Shown: piece after piece, positions 29,599 through 39,439 of the stretch
Layout: each line of letters opens with the position of its first letter
Numbering within the stretch: the stretch's first letter is position 1
Virus record (IMG/VR): IMGVR_UViG_3300043418_000120
Coordinates: 1 to 64,000 of that record
DNA: 64,000 nt
Direction: 5' to 3' (one strand)
Source of the DNA: a virus
Position numbers and translations under genes: made by a program
Notes under the pieces: model-generated
What the model saw: the letters and a program-made list of their open reading frames with translations, nothing else
Database searches by the model: none
What the model was told of the DNA's origin: nothing

Positions 29599-31085
29599 TG
29601 AAAATATACGTAGAACAAGTTGATGATGTAAATATCCGTGTGTTCTCTGAATGGGGAATTGAACAGGAGTTGAGTGCGTTCTTCACATTCGAAGTGCCAG
29701 GAGCTAAGTTTACTCCAAAGTATAAGGCTCGACTGTGGGACGGTAAGATTCGCTTGTATAATCTACAGCGTAAGACCCTACTTGCTGGTCTCTATAACTA
29801 CGTCAAGGAATTTGCTAACCGCAATGGTTACCAGTTCATTGATGCACCAAACGCATCATACAAGAAACTCCCAGTAAACGACTACACATACGAAGAGGTC
29901 GAGAACTTCGCTGAAGACCTCCAACTCTCAGCACGTGGCGAGCCAATTGATATTCGTGACTACCAGATTGAAGCGATTCAGAAGGGTATGAATGAACATC
30001 GTTGTTTGCTTCTATCACCTACCGCATCTGGTAAATCCCTAATCCTTTACACTCTCATGCGTCACTACGTTGGCGAAGGGAAGAAGTGTATTCTGATTGT
30101 TCCAACCACATCGTTGGTTGAACAGATGTATGCTGACTTTGAAGAATACTCAAGCGTAAACCTATGGCGCGTCTCTAAGAACTGCCAAAAGTTGTACAGC
30201 GGTTTCACTAAAGACATTACATCACCTGTGTTGATTACAACATGGCAGTCTATCTACAAGCAACCAAAGGCTTGGTTCGATCAGTTTGATGTTTGTTTCG
30301 GCGACGAGGCTCACCAATTCAAAGCAGCATCATTGAACACTGTCATGGAAAAGATGACATCAATTCCTTACCGCATTGGTACAACAGGAACATTAGATGG
30401 TAAGCAAGTTCACCGTCTTGTTCTTGAGGGCATGTTTGGTCCAGTGCACCGTGTGACAACTACTAAGGCATTGATGGACACAAACCGAGTTGCCCAACTA
30501 AATATTACATGTCTACTGCTGAAATATGACGAGGAAACCCGTAAAGCGCGCAAGAATAATTTATACCAAGACGAGATGGACTTTCTAGTCAAGAACTCAA
30601 AGCGTAATCGTTTCATCGTAAATCTTGCGAAATCATTAAAAGGCAACACCCTTGTTCTGTTTCAGTATGTAGATAAACACGGTAAGGTTCTTTACGACAT
30701 GTGTAAAGATTTTCCTGATCGTGAAGTTCACATTGTTCACGGCGATATCAAAGTAGATGAGCGTGAATCAATCCGTCACAAAGCAGCAAAGCATGACAAC
30801 ATGCTGGTGTTCGCTTCTTATGGTACATTCTCAACAGGTGTTAACATGCCTTCGATTGAGAACGTAATCTTCGCTAGTCCTAGCAAATCTAAGATCCGCA
30901 ACTTACAGTCTATCGGTCGTGGCTTGCGCCTGAACGAAGGTAAGACACACTGTAACTTGTATGACATTGCTGATGACTTGACTCATAAGGCGTGGAAGAA
31001 CCACACATTGGGCCACTTCATGGAGCGTGTTAAGTTGTATTCAGAAGAACAATTTAAAAGCAAGATTGTAGAGGTGGATCTATGA
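29598..31085 (+). CDS. uvsW: SF2 DNA/RNA helicase UvsW
   Basis: WDGKIRL, SPTASGKS, GDEAH, GTTGTL, QSIGRGLR, YDIADD. Confidence 0.96.
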   Translation: MKIYVEQVDDVNIRVFSEWGIEQELSAFFTFEVPGAKFTPKYKARLWDGKIRLYNLQRKTLLAGLYNYVKEFANRNGYQFIDAPNASYKKLPVNDYTYEEVENFAEDLQLSARGEPIDIRDYQIEAIQKGMNEHRCLLLSPTASGKSLILYTLMRHYVGEGKKCILIVPTTSLVEQMYADFEEYSSVNLWRVSKNCQKLYSGFTKDITSPVLITTWQSIYKQPKAWFDQFDVCFGDEAHQFKAASLNTVMEKMTSIPYRIGTTGTLDGKQVHRLVLEGMFGPVHRVTTTKALMDTNRVAQLNITCLLLKYDEETRKARKNNLYQDEMDFLVKNSKRNRFIVNLAKSLKGNTLVLFQYVDKHGKVLYDMCKDFPDREVHIVHGDIKVDERESIRHKAAKHDNMLVFASYGTFSTGVNMPSIENVIFASPSKSKIRNLQSIGRGLRLNEGKTHCNLYDIADDLTHKAWKNHTLGHFMERVKLYSEEQFKSKIVEVDL

Positions 31086-31528
31086 GAGATTATAGAGTTA
31101 TCCGCATGAAGACAGGGGAGTCCTATTTGTGTATTGTGGACGAAGAAACCCACGATGAAATCACATTTTTATTCCCTCTTGTTGTCAATACCCACACTAT
31201 TCCAGTAGCTGACAACGTTCTCCGCGAAATCCACTCTACAACTGTTATGTGTCCTTTTACTGAAGAACGCCACTTTATGATGAAGCAGAGTGAGATATCC
31301 TTCACAAAGCCAATGGGCGAGAAGGCTATCACCTACTACATCGAAATGCTGAACACTCATGAGGAGATTGATACGCTCAAAGCCTACTCTCTTCATGACA
31401 TCATTGAAGATATCGAAATCGATGACGAGCTAGATGATAAGACTAGAGCTTTACTCAACAGCATGGAAGAAATTGAGAATGAGACTGACGATCCTACTGC
31501 CCTGACTGGCAATAAGACACTACATTGA
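31082..31528 (+). CDS. conserved hypothetical protein (Sm-like fold) between uvsW and g55
   Basis: VIRMKTGE.YLC start, acidic tail ending KTLH; usual T4-like synteny. Confidence 0.7.
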   Translation: MRDYRVIRMKTGESYLCIVDEETHDEITFLFPLVVNTHTIPVADNVLREIHSTTVMCPFTEERHFMMKQSEISFTKPMGEKAITYYIEMLNTHEEIDTLKAYSLHDIIEDIEIDDELDDKTRALLNSMEEIENETDDPTALTGNKTLH

Positions 31529-31535
31529 AATATAT

Positions 31536-31564
31536 TTGACAACTACTCAGTTGTCAGGTATAAT
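31536..31564 (+). promoter_or_regulatory. sigma70 promoter of g55
   Basis: TTGACA-17nt-TATAAT. Confidence 0.8.
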
Positions 31565-31594
31565 GGTATATTATTTAAAACTTGGAGTAAATAT

Positions 31595-32179
31595 ATGACG
31601 ACCCCAACGATTTCGCCGAAAGCGAAGCCACACTATGTTAGCAATGCCGATTTTCTTGAGGCGATGAAAGCCTATCGAGAAAAGGTTCTAGAAGCAGCTG
31701 CAGCTGGAGAAGAGAAGCCAAGAGTTCCTGAGTACATCGGTGAATGCTTGTTTAAGATCGCTACTCATCTATCCTACAAACATAACTTTATCAATTACAC
31801 CTATCGTGAGGACATGATCCTCGATGGCGTGGAGAATTGCTTACAGTACATTAGCAATTTCGATCCCACTAAGTCAAGTAACCCCTTCGCTTACTTCACT
31901 CAAATCATTTACTATGCGTTCATTCGAAAAATTCAAAAAGAAAAGAAACAAACATACATCAAGAACCGTATGATCATGGAGATCCCATTCGAAATGTTCG
32001 AGCTACAAGAACAGGACGAGGGTGGCGAATACTCAAACTCTATGATGGATTATCTACGCAACAACAACGATTCTGACTACAACCTACCAAAGAAGAAGCC
32101 TGTGAAGAAGCGTGCTCTTTCATCACTAGAAGTGTTCTTTGAAGAAAATGGAGATGTGACTGATGAAGACAATGTATAA
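31595..32179 (+). CDS. gp55: late-transcription sigma factor
   Basis: HYVSN..FL, YIGEC..KIA..LS...NF.NYTYREDMI.DG.ENC, NPFAYFTQIIYYAF.R.I.KEKKQ. Confidence 0.96.
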   Translation: MTTPTISPKAKPHYVSNADFLEAMKAYREKVLEAAAAGEEKPRVPEYIGECLFKIATHLSYKHNFINYTYREDMILDGVENCLQYISNFDPTKSSNPFAYFTQIIYYAFIRKIQKEKKQTYIKNRMIMEIPFEMFELQEQDEGGEYSNSMMDYLRNNNDSDYNLPKKKPVKKRALSSLEVFFEENGDVTDEDNV

Positions 32180-32342
32180 AGTAACTTACCGTTCAAGTGG
32201 CTCTCCCGATGTGGAGTTTCGCTGGTTCACTACCACTGAAGAAGCAGCTGACTTCGCAGGTAAATTGGGGGATCGTTTCATTGAGATGAAAGAGTACAGC
32301 CAACCAGAGAATTATCCACCAGCAGAATTGGATTTTAGTTAA
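32163..32342 (+). CDS. small hypothetical protein (59 aa, not in ORF track)
   Basis: MKTMYKVTYRSSGSPDVEFRWF...LDFS; fills the g55-g47 gap, TAATG coupling to g47. Confidence 0.6.
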   Translation: MKTMYKVTYRSSGSPDVEFRWFTTTEEAADFAGKLGDRFIEMKEYSQPENYPPAELDFS

Positions 32343-33409
32343 TGAGAGTAGCAATTATTACAGACCAGCACTTCGGTGCTCGCAATGACAGCGTTGCGTT
32401 TTTGAATTTCTATGAAAAGTTCTATGACAATGTGTTCTTCCCAACACTTGAACAGACGGGCATTGACACTGTTCTTATTCTTGGTGACACATTTGATCGA
32501 CGTAAGTATGTGAACTTCTATGCTCTTCAGCGAGCAAAGGAAATGTTCTTTGATAAACTAGCAGCTGCGAATATCCGCGTGTATATGTTGGCTGGTAATC
32601 ATGACACCTACTACAAGAACACCAATGAGGTGAACTCGCCAGACTTATTGCTTCGTGAGTATTCTAACATCTCCGTGATCGATCGTCCGCAAACAATTCA
32701 TCTAGACTACGGCAACACCAATGCTGATGTGTTGATGCTACCTTGGATTTGTGCTGATAACTATGCTGAGTCGATGGCTGAATTGACAAACACAACAGCT
32801 ACTCTGTGTATGGGTCACTTAGAGTTGGCTGGCTTCGCAATGTACCGTGGGATGGATTCGCATGAAGGAATGGATAAAAACATTTTCGATAAGTTTGATC
32901 GGGTGTTCTCTGGTCATTATCATCATAAGTCTGATGATGGACATATCTTCTATCTCGGAAACCCTTACGAGCTTACGTGGCAGGACTATAACGATCCCCG
33001 AGGATTCCACTTGTTCGATCCAAACACAAGAGAGCTCGAGTTCGTACGAAATCCTTATACAATGTTCACGCGAATCGAATACGACGATAAAGAACAAGAG
33101 CCAATCAACCTTGACTCACTGGATCTGAAAGAACAGTATGTGAAATTGGTTGTGGTCAATAAGACTGACTACTATAAATTTGACCAATTTACTCAGAAGC
33201 TGTATAATAAGGGCTGTCATGAAGTCAAGATCGTTGAGAACTTCTCTGAGTATGAAGAAGGCGCGATTGATGGTGACATCAACTTAGAAGATACCATGTC
33301 GGTGTTGGATAACTACATTGATTCGATTCAGACAGAGTCTGATAAAGAACGAATCAAACAGTATATGAAAACTTTGTATACTGAAGCTGTGAATGTGGAG
33401 GTCGTTTGA
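32342..33409 (+). CDS. gp47: Mre11/SbcD-like recombination endonuclease
   Basis: TDQHFG, LGDTFD.RK, GNHD, GHLE, SGHYH. Confidence 0.96.
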   Translation: MRVAIITDQHFGARNDSVAFLNFYEKFYDNVFFPTLEQTGIDTVLILGDTFDRRKYVNFYALQRAKEMFFDKLAAANIRVYMLAGNHDTYYKNTNEVNSPDLLLREYSNISVIDRPQTIHLDYGNTNADVLMLPWICADNYAESMAELTNTTATLCMGHLELAGFAMYRGMDSHEGMDKNIFDKFDRVFSGHYHHKSDDGHIFYLGNPYELTWQDYNDPRGFHLFDPNTRELEFVRNPYTMFTRIEYDDKEQEPINLDSLDLKEQYVKLVVVNKTDYYKFDQFTQKLYNKGCHEVKIVENFSEYEEGAIDGDINLEDTMSVLDNYIDSIQTESDKERIKQYMKTLYTEAVNVEVV

Positions 33410-35118
33410 TTATTTTTGAATCAGTTGAGTGGGCAAACTTTTTGTCTACTGGCAACAAAGCAAACAAAGTAATTCTGAACCGCTCATCATCAACATTGAT
33501 TGTTGGTAAGAACGGCGAAGGTAAGAGCACGATCCTTGACGCCTTGTGCTTTGGTTTGTTTGGTAAACCTTTCCGCGATATTAACAAGCCACAGTTGATC
33601 AACAGTATCAATGGCAAGAACTGTTCCGTTACTGTTGAGTTCAGTGTGGCTGGTAAGTCATACAAAATCATCAGAGGTATGAAGCCAACAGTGTTTCAGA
33701 TTATCTGTAACGGCGAGGTTATCAACCAAGACGCAGCAGCTAAAGATTACCAAAAGGTTCTTGAGCAACAAATTTTAAAGCTGAACTACAAGACATTCAC
33801 GCAAGTGGTTATCTTGGGTTCAGCCTCTTTTGTTCCATTCATGCAGTTGCCTGGAGGTCAGCGTCGTGATGTTATTGAAGACATTCTTGACATCCGTGTG
33901 TTTAGTACCATGAACACATTATTGAAGCAACGCATGCAGGAGACTAAAGATGAGATTGCGTCAACTGAAGCAGCACTCGCGCTGGCGCGTGAGAGGGTTG
34001 TTGCTCAACAGAAAACCATTACTCTCTTGCAAGAAAGTCGAGCGAGTAATGTTTCAGCTGTATCGAAAAAGATTGAAGATAATGTGGTCGCTATCGAAAC
34101 CAGCTCTCAACACATTGATGTTCTCAATGAAGACATTGAGAAACTTAAACAGAGCATCGAAGACAGGAAGACTGTACTTGACGACATCGAGAAAGCCAAG
34201 AGAATTGCTCAGAGCAAGACGAGTAAGATATCTGACCTCTCCTCAACCGTGGAGTTTTTCAAAGGCAACGATGCGTGCCCACAGTGTGAGCAGGGTATCC
34301 CGCATGATCACAAGTCCAGAATTATTGACCAAATCACAGTAGAGATGGGTAAGAATGAGCAGATGGTTGAGGAGTTGTCCGCAGCAATGATCAAACTCAA
34401 TGCTCGTCTTGAACACATCAACGCTGTTCAGGAACAGATTACTGACAAGAACATTGAAGTGTCAACAGCCAACCAAACCGTTACTGTTCTGAACAAACTC
34501 AATAAGCAGCTGGCAGCTGAACTTGAAGAGATGAAGAAAGACACTGGTAATGTGGACGATGAGAAGGCTAAGTTGAAAGAGATGGCAGCTGCTGCTATCG
34601 CACACTTGGATCGTAAGACACAGTTGATTGACAAGCGTCAGTATGAAGAAGTTGCTGGATTGTTGCTGAAAGACTCAGGAATTAAAACAACAATTATCCG
34701 TGAGTATCTGCCTGTGATGAACAAGCTGATCAACAAATATCTGACAGCCATGGACTTCTATGTTCACTTTGAGCTTGACGAAACCTTTACCGAAAGTATC
34801 AAGGCTCGTCACCGCGATGAGTTTACTTACGCAAGTTTCTCTGAGGGTGAGAAGATGCGTATTGACTTGGCTATCCTGTTCACATGGCGTCAAGTAGCTA
34901 AGATGAAGAACAGCGTCAACACCAACCTGTTGATTCTTGATGAGATCTTTGACTCAAGCCTTGACGTAGCAGGAACAGATTATTTCTTGTCTCTGATGAA
35001 CGCTATGGGCGAACATACTAATGTGTTTGTTATCAGCCACAAGGGCGATCAGCTGTTTGACAAGTTCCACTCAGTAATTAAGTTCGAAAAGCATAACGAA
35101 TTTTCTGTGATTGCTTGA
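33406..35118 (+). CDS. gp46: Rad50/SbcC-like recombination ATPase
   Basis: GKNGEGKST, CPQC zinc hook, FSEGEK signature, ILDEIFD, ISHK. Confidence 0.96.
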   Translation: MIIFESVEWANFLSTGNKANKVILNRSSSTLIVGKNGEGKSTILDALCFGLFGKPFRDINKPQLINSINGKNCSVTVEFSVAGKSYKIIRGMKPTVFQIICNGEVINQDAAAKDYQKVLEQQILKLNYKTFTQVVILGSASFVPFMQLPGGQRRDVIEDILDIRVFSTMNTLLKQRMQETKDEIASTEAALALARERVVAQQKTITLLQESRASNVSAVSKKIEDNVVAIETSSQHIDVLNEDIEKLKQSIEDRKTVLDDIEKAKRIAQSKTSKISDLSSTVEFFKGNDACPQCEQGIPHDHKSRIIDQITVEMGKNEQMVEELSAAMIKLNARLEHINAVQEQITDKNIEVSTANQTVTVLNKLNKQLAAELEEMKKDTGNVDDEKAKLKEMAAAAIAHLDRKTQLIDKRQYEEVAGLLLKDSGIKTTIIREYLPVMNKLINKYLTAMDFYVHFELDETFTESIKARHRDEFTYASFSEGEKMRIDLAILFTWRQVAKMKNSVNTNLLILDEIFDSSLDVAGTDYFLSLMNAMGEHTNVFVISHKGDQLFDKFHSVIKFEKHNEFSVIA

Positions 35119-35166
35119 CTTTAATTCGGTTCTAGGGTATAATCAATGCTTAAACAGGAGAAGAAG

Positions 35167-35313
35167 ATGCCCTTTAAAACCGACTCTGAATTAGCCGAAT
35201 TTTTAGATTTTTTGGCCGACCTTTCGTTAAGCGGCGAGACTTTTGAAATCTGTCTCGGTGCGCTTAAACTTCAAACGGCTCTTAAAGAAGCCTACGGCGA
35301 AAACCTAATTTAA
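35167..35313 (+). CDS. 48-aa microprotein (paralog of 47438..47584)
   Basis: MPFKTDSELAEFLDFLADLSLSGETFEICLGALKLQTALKEAYGENLI; own promoter TTGACT-17-TATAAT (35115-35143) and AGGAG RBS. Confidence 0.75.
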   Translation: MPFKTDSELAEFLDFLADLSLSGETFEICLGALKLQTALKEAYGENLI

Positions 35314-35319
35314 GTCAAT

Positions 35320-35374
35320 ACCCCTACGGACAGTAGGGGTTTTGGTTTACTTTAAATAGATGTTCAGGTATAAT
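35320..35374 (+). repeat. palindrome-promoter cassette header (divergent copy)
   Basis: CCCCTAC-ggaca-GTAGGGG then TTTACT-17-TATAAT. Confidence 0.75.
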
Positions 35375-35398
35375 CAAGCTATGGAAAGGGGAAATGAT

Positions 35399-35845
35399 AT
35401 GAGAAAAGGCGAAATGTTAGACAAGGCTCTGTTACTTGCTACCAACTCTCACCATGGGCAGTTCGACAAGGGTGGCGCTCCCTACATTCTCCACCCAATC
35501 AAGGTTATGCACTACATCAAGTCTGACGATGAAGAACTGATGTGTATGGCTCTCCTACATGATGTTGTAGAGGACTGTGACGTTACCTTTGTGGACTTGG
35601 AAGCCATCGGCATGAGCAAGCGTGTTATTGATGCTGTTCGCTGCTTGACTAAGCAACGTGGCCAAACCCTTGCTGAGTACAAGGAGGTCATCTTCTCGAG
35701 CCGTGACGCGATGCGTGTCAAGATGGCTGACTTACGACACAACAGCGATATCCGTCGTCTGAAGGGCGTGACTGAGAAGGATCTGGTTCGTATGGAAAAG
35801 TACCATAGGTTCTATCTTGAGATCCAAGCAAAACTGGCTGAGTGA
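35399..35845 (+). CDS. HD-domain small alarmone hydrolase-like protein (Mesh1/SpoT HD family)
   Basis: H.GQ.DK.G.PYI.HP, ALLHDVVED, VKMAD..HN. Confidence 0.85.
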   Translation: MRKGEMLDKALLLATNSHHGQFDKGGAPYILHPIKVMHYIKSDDEELMCMALLHDVVEDCDVTFVDLEAIGMSKRVIDAVRCLTKQRGQTLAEYKEVIFSSRDAMRVKMADLRHNSDIRRLKGVTEKDLVRMEKYHRFYLEIQAKLAE

Positions 35846-35907
35846 AAGTGCTTGACATTTATTCAGCTTTGATGTATAATTGATCCATCTTAACAAGGAG
35901 TTTATAG

Positions 35908-36621
35908 ATGAAACGTGCAATTGTGCCAGTTCTACTGGCGATGATGCTTGCTATGTCAGGCGTCGCAGATGCCAAAGGTGGTGGTAGTTCTGGTGGCGGT
36001 GGTCACGGAGGTGGTGGTGGTGGTCATGCCAGTTCAGCTGGTGGTCGCTCGTCTTCAAGTTTCTCTTCGGCTGGTTCTTCAGCAGGTAAGGGTGGTTATA
36101 ACTCAGGTTCGTATGCTGCTGCGCGACCTGCTGCTCCAGCTCCAGCAGCCCCTACTGCTCGTACCACAACTACAACTACATCGACAACAACTCACACCCG
36201 AACAGCTGGTGGTGGTATGGTTGGTGGTGGAATGTATTACGGTGGGATGGGTATGGGTTACGGATACTCGAACGGTTTACTGACTGGTTTGATTATCGGT
36301 AACATGATGCACCCACATAACACTGTTGTTTACACTGGCGGTGGTCAGTACAGTAACAACGCACTGTTGTATCCTGATGGTCGTGTTGTTAATCAACAAG
36401 GTTATCAAGTAGGTACATATCAGAATGGGCAGTTTACTGCTATGAATGGTGGAATGGTTGCTCAACAAGCACCAGCTGATGCTTTGAACAGCGCACCACA
36501 ACAAGTCGCACAGCCTGTGATCATTAAGTCTGGTCCATCCGCTGGCGATATTATCGGCATGATTTTGCTTGGCTTTATCTGTGTCATCTTGTTCATTATC
36601 TTGATTGGAATTATTGTATGA
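35908..36621 (+). CDS. Gly-rich exported protein with C-terminal membrane anchor
   Basis: Signal peptide MKR...ADA|K, Gly/Ser/Thr low complexity, hydrophobic C-terminus; promoter TTGACA-17-TATAAT at 35852. Confidence 0.75.
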   Translation: MKRAIVPVLLAMMLAMSGVADAKGGGSSGGGGHGGGGGGHASSAGGRSSSSFSSAGSSAGKGGYNSGSYAAARPAAPAPAAPTARTTTTTTSTTTHTRTAGGGMVGGGMYYGGMGMGYGYSNGLLTGLIIGNMMHPHNTVVYTGGGQYSNNALLYPDGRVVNQQGYQVGTYQNGQFTAMNGGMVAQQAPADALNSAPQQVAQPVIIKSGPSAGDIIGMILLGFICVILFIILIGIIV

Positions 36622-36968
36622 GTTCACTTGCTATCGTTGCTGTTTTTCTTTTCCTACTAATTATTGTAGTTCTTATCATTCGGGAGACTTCTATGTGGAA
36701 TTATTACGACGTTGGTCCTGACGAAGAAGTCACGACAACCACAACTACAACCACGACAACAACTGTTGATGAAGGTTCTGGTTACGCGCAACCTGCCCGT
36801 CCGCTGGGTCTGAATGTCAATGGCATTCCTATCGTTGGCATGCTTCAACGTCAGTACGAAGGCACCACGCCTTATGTTATTGATCCAGTCGACAAGGATA
36901 AGGTTTTCCTGAACACCCGCGATGATATCTACGAAGATGGCGCTGGTAAAGTCTGGGGATTAGTCTAA
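36618..36968 (+). CDS. membrane-anchored protein with poly-Thr linker
   Basis: N-terminal TM helix, Thr run; ATGA coupling. Confidence 0.7.
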   Translation: MSSLAIVAVFLFLLIIVVLIIRETSMWNYYDVGPDEEVTTTTTTTTTTTVDEGSGYAQPARPLGLNVNGIPIVGMLQRQYEGTTPYVIDPVDKDKVFLNTRDDIYEDGAGKVWGLV

Positions 36969-37288
36969 TGAAGTATCCTCCCATAGGTTGGGAGGATGTG
37001 AATATTACCACCAATGATTATGCCATTGGTGGTAAACTCATTACAGCAAGCATATCCGTCGACGAACTAAGATACGAAGAGATAATCAGTAAGCCAAATG
37101 GTAGAGAAGAAATACGTAAGGCTCTTGTTGAACAGCTTGCGCAAGAAATGTTAAATAGGTCATTGGTTGAGATTAACCAAAGAGATGATCCGCTGACACT
37201 TACGAAAGTAATCGTCGCCCGTGCTTATGTTGCCCCCGACTCAACCGTTAAAATCCTACGCACAATTGCGAACAATAAAATATTATGA
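36968..37288 (+). CDS. hypothetical protein
   Basis: TAATG-coupled ORF. Confidence 0.65.
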   Translation: MKYPPIGWEDVNITTNDYAIGGKLITASISVDELRYEEIISKPNGREEIRKALVEQLAQEMLNRSLVEINQRDDPLTLTKVIVARAYVAPDSTVKILRTIANNKIL

Positions 37289-37452
37289 CAGATGAAGAAG
37301 TAGTTACCTACTACAACGACATGGTTGACTACTTCGGCAGTCTCCCAAACTTTGAGCATGAGCCAATTCGTTTCGCTTACTATGTGCGCCTATTTAAATA
37401 CATGAGAGAACGAAATGAACGTGTCCCTGATAACAACGACAACGAGACCTGA
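37285..37452 (+). CDS. small conserved T4-like hypothetical protein (55 aa, not in track)
   Basis: MTDEEV...FGSLPNFEHEPIRFAYYVRLF; ATGA coupling. Confidence 0.65.
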   Translation: MTDEEVVTYYNDMVDYFGSLPNFEHEPIRFAYYVRLFKYMRERNERVPDNNDNET

Positions 37453-37714
37453 GGGTGTTAAGTGGTGGAACGAAGCAGACCCAACTGCTTCAGCTGCGTA
37501 TGGTGAGTTTATTAACAGTCACCCAGCAGTAATTGAACGCGAAGTTCAGAATGTTGATGAGAATACCATCATTGCGCGCATCGTATTGCCTGATGCTGCT
37601 TCGCTTGGTGAGTTCTTACTAGATCTTCACGCAACACCATTCTACATCTCACGACAGCTGTATAACAAAGAGAATGGCATTGTTCAGCTGCCTAGCTACT
37701 CATTTACATCGTAA
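37415..37714 (+). CDS. hypothetical protein
   Basis: TTTRPEGVKWW start; 3' end overlaps the convergent PP-loop gene. Confidence 0.6.
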   Translation: MNVSLITTTTRPEGVKWWNEADPTASAAYGEFINSHPAVIEREVQNVDENTIIARIVLPDAASLGEFLLDLHATPFYISRQLYNKENGIVQLPSYSFTS

Positions 37715-38798
37715 AGGGATTGTTGGGGTTGTAGTAATCATTGGGGTTGAAATCCGCAATAATCTCATGGGCATCATTGAATGCCTCCCCGATGATTCTG
37801 TATTTGTACACATTGGTCAGGCTACCTGTCTTGACCTTGTTTAGAAAATAGTCTTCATCTTTATTGAATGCGAAGATATCCTGCTTCGCAATGTTCTTGT
37901 AATCTTTCCAGCTAGGAATGATTCTAACATCAGGATTACTGACACTCCACAACTGGAAATCGTCAGTCTCATAAAAATGTTTCATATGTTGTCTGTCCCA
38001 TTCCTTGTTGATACCAGTGGCTTGGGATGGGATGGTCAGCATATAGATTCGGTAGTGAACATTCTGCCACTTGAATCCGAAATTATACCACCAGAAGAAA
38101 TCGCTGTTCTTCTCTAGATCTAGTCCATAGGCTTTGGCCGATGCCAGAATGCCATCAATCATCAGATACGAAACTCTGGTGTCTTGGATCTTTCGATTCA
38201 CATACTCAAACATAACTTCTCTGTTGAACTTTGCGTTCAGCATATCAGCGCCATCAGTAATAAGATAGTTGCGCATCATGTCACTACCAAACAGTTGATC
38301 GTTCAACTCGCCAGTTACGATGATTGCTTTACCATCAAAGACCCATGGCGTATACTCACTGCTGATCAATTCAAAGTTTGGTAGCACATAGTCATGATAG
38401 AAGTTTGGGTTCTCCATCATTGACTTAGAATTCATGACAATCTTAATCTTGCCCTTCAGTTGAGCAATGCTGTAGTTGCGTAGGAAAGACACTAGGATGT
38501 TTGTGCTATCAATACCACCACTCCAGTATACTTTCAAAGGCTTGCCCGTTGCTTCTGATAAGTCAAACAATTCCTTTGCTCTGTTGTCACAACAATCAGT
38601 GTACGATAGATTGGTTGTTCTGAGTGTTGGTAGCTTACATGTGTCGGCAATTGATAGACGCAACGGTTGCTGGAATGTTTCAGTTCTATCACAGACACCA
38701 ACAGCCAGTGGTAGGTAACGATAGAGCTTACGCCACTCTTCAATGTTGTCAAGTTTCTCCGTGACAATCAGAGGGTTGTAGTAGTATAACGATTTCAT
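37704..38798 (-). CDS. asparagine-synthetase-like PP-loop ATP pyrophosphatase lacking a glutaminase domain
   Basis: WSGGIDST PP-loop; TGELNDQLFG resembles AsnB SGEGADELFG; no N-terminal Cys Ntn domain. Confidence 0.75.
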   Translation of the reverse strand: MKSLYYYNPLIVTEKLDNIEEWRKLYRYLPLAVGVCDRTETFQQPLRLSIADTCKLPTLRTTNLSYTDCCDNRAKELFDLSEATGKPLKVYWSGGIDSTNILVSFLRNYSIAQLKGKIKIVMNSKSMMENPNFYHDYVLPNFELISSEYTPWVFDGKAIIVTGELNDQLFGSDMMRNYLITDGADMLNAKFNREVMFEYVNRKIQDTRVSYLMIDGILASAKAYGLDLEKNSDFFWWYNFGFKWQNVHYRIYMLTIPSQATGINKEWDRQHMKHFYETDDFQLWSVSNPDVRIIPSWKDYKNIAKQDIFAFNKDEDYFLNKVKTGSLTNVYKYRIIGEAFNDAHEIIADFNPNDYYNPNNPFTM

Positions 38799-39439
38799 GA
38801 TAGATACGAGTTGGTCCAGAACTCTCGAAGCATATATTCCTTTGCTTTGTTTATCTGTTCTTGTGTATCACACTGATTGATTTTGTCTTTCCATTTGTCA
38901 GCCAATGCTTGAATGCGAAACTTGACATTGGTATCTGAATCAATCTGTAGCTTGAGTTCTTTATACGCATGCTCAACTGGCTTCATCATAACCTTTGCGT
39001 ACTCTTCAATACACTTGGTATAGTAACCTTCTTCTGGCTTACACATATCCAGTTGTTGTGTAGCAATCAAAGTGAACGGCTCCCAGCTTCTTCGGTTCGT
39101 TCTTGCTAACGCATGTTCGGTATGTGTTTCCCAAATGGCAAAGGCATTTTGTCTTGCTCTTGCTATCTCGCGGTTCTTGATCCAATCAGGTGTAACATCA
39201 GCAACGTTGCGCTCTTTGAGTTTGATTCCTGTTGGCGCCAAGTCAAGCACCCAAACCTTTGAGTGAAAGAAGTTTCGGTTCTGAAAATTCTTGAAGTGGG
39301 GAGAATTCATTTCCGTCAATCCGAACACCATTGAGTCAGCAATGCCAGCTGAGATGGCATGGGCAGTTACAGGGCGTGGTGAGAATGTGTACACGCAGAG
39401 GTTCTCTGCGCTGACAATGAGATACTTCATGTCAATCAT
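38795..39439 (-). CDS. hypothetical protein coupled to the PP-loop enzyme
   Basis: 214-aa ORF with ATGA overlap; minus-strand CTAAATA late-type motif near 39524-39530. Confidence 0.7.
   Translation of the reverse strand: MIDMKYLIVSAENLCVYTFSPRPVTAHAISAGIADSMVFGLTEMNSPHFKNFQNRNFFHSKVWVLDLAPTGIKLKERNVADVTPDWIKNREIARARQNAFAIWETHTEHALARTNRRSWEPFTLIATQQLDMCKPEEGYYTKCIEEYAKVMMKPVEHAYKELKLQIDSDTNVKFRIQALADKWKDKINQCDTQEQINKAKEYMLREFWTNSYLS

Noticed and set aside
1319-34893. Numerous minus-strand and alternate-frame ORFs in the track overlapping core genes
   Set aside because: Shadow ORFs of strongly biased + strand genes; no RBS or recognisable motifs
15527-35118. Introns, inteins or stop-codon recoding in core genes
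   Set aside because: g17, g20, g23, uvsW, g46 and g47 are uninterrupted and of expected length under the standard code
37704-38798. QueC (7-deazaguanine DNA modification)
   Set aside because: Has the SGGxDS loop but lacks the QueC C-terminal Cys zinc motif; no queD, queE, folE or dpdA nearby
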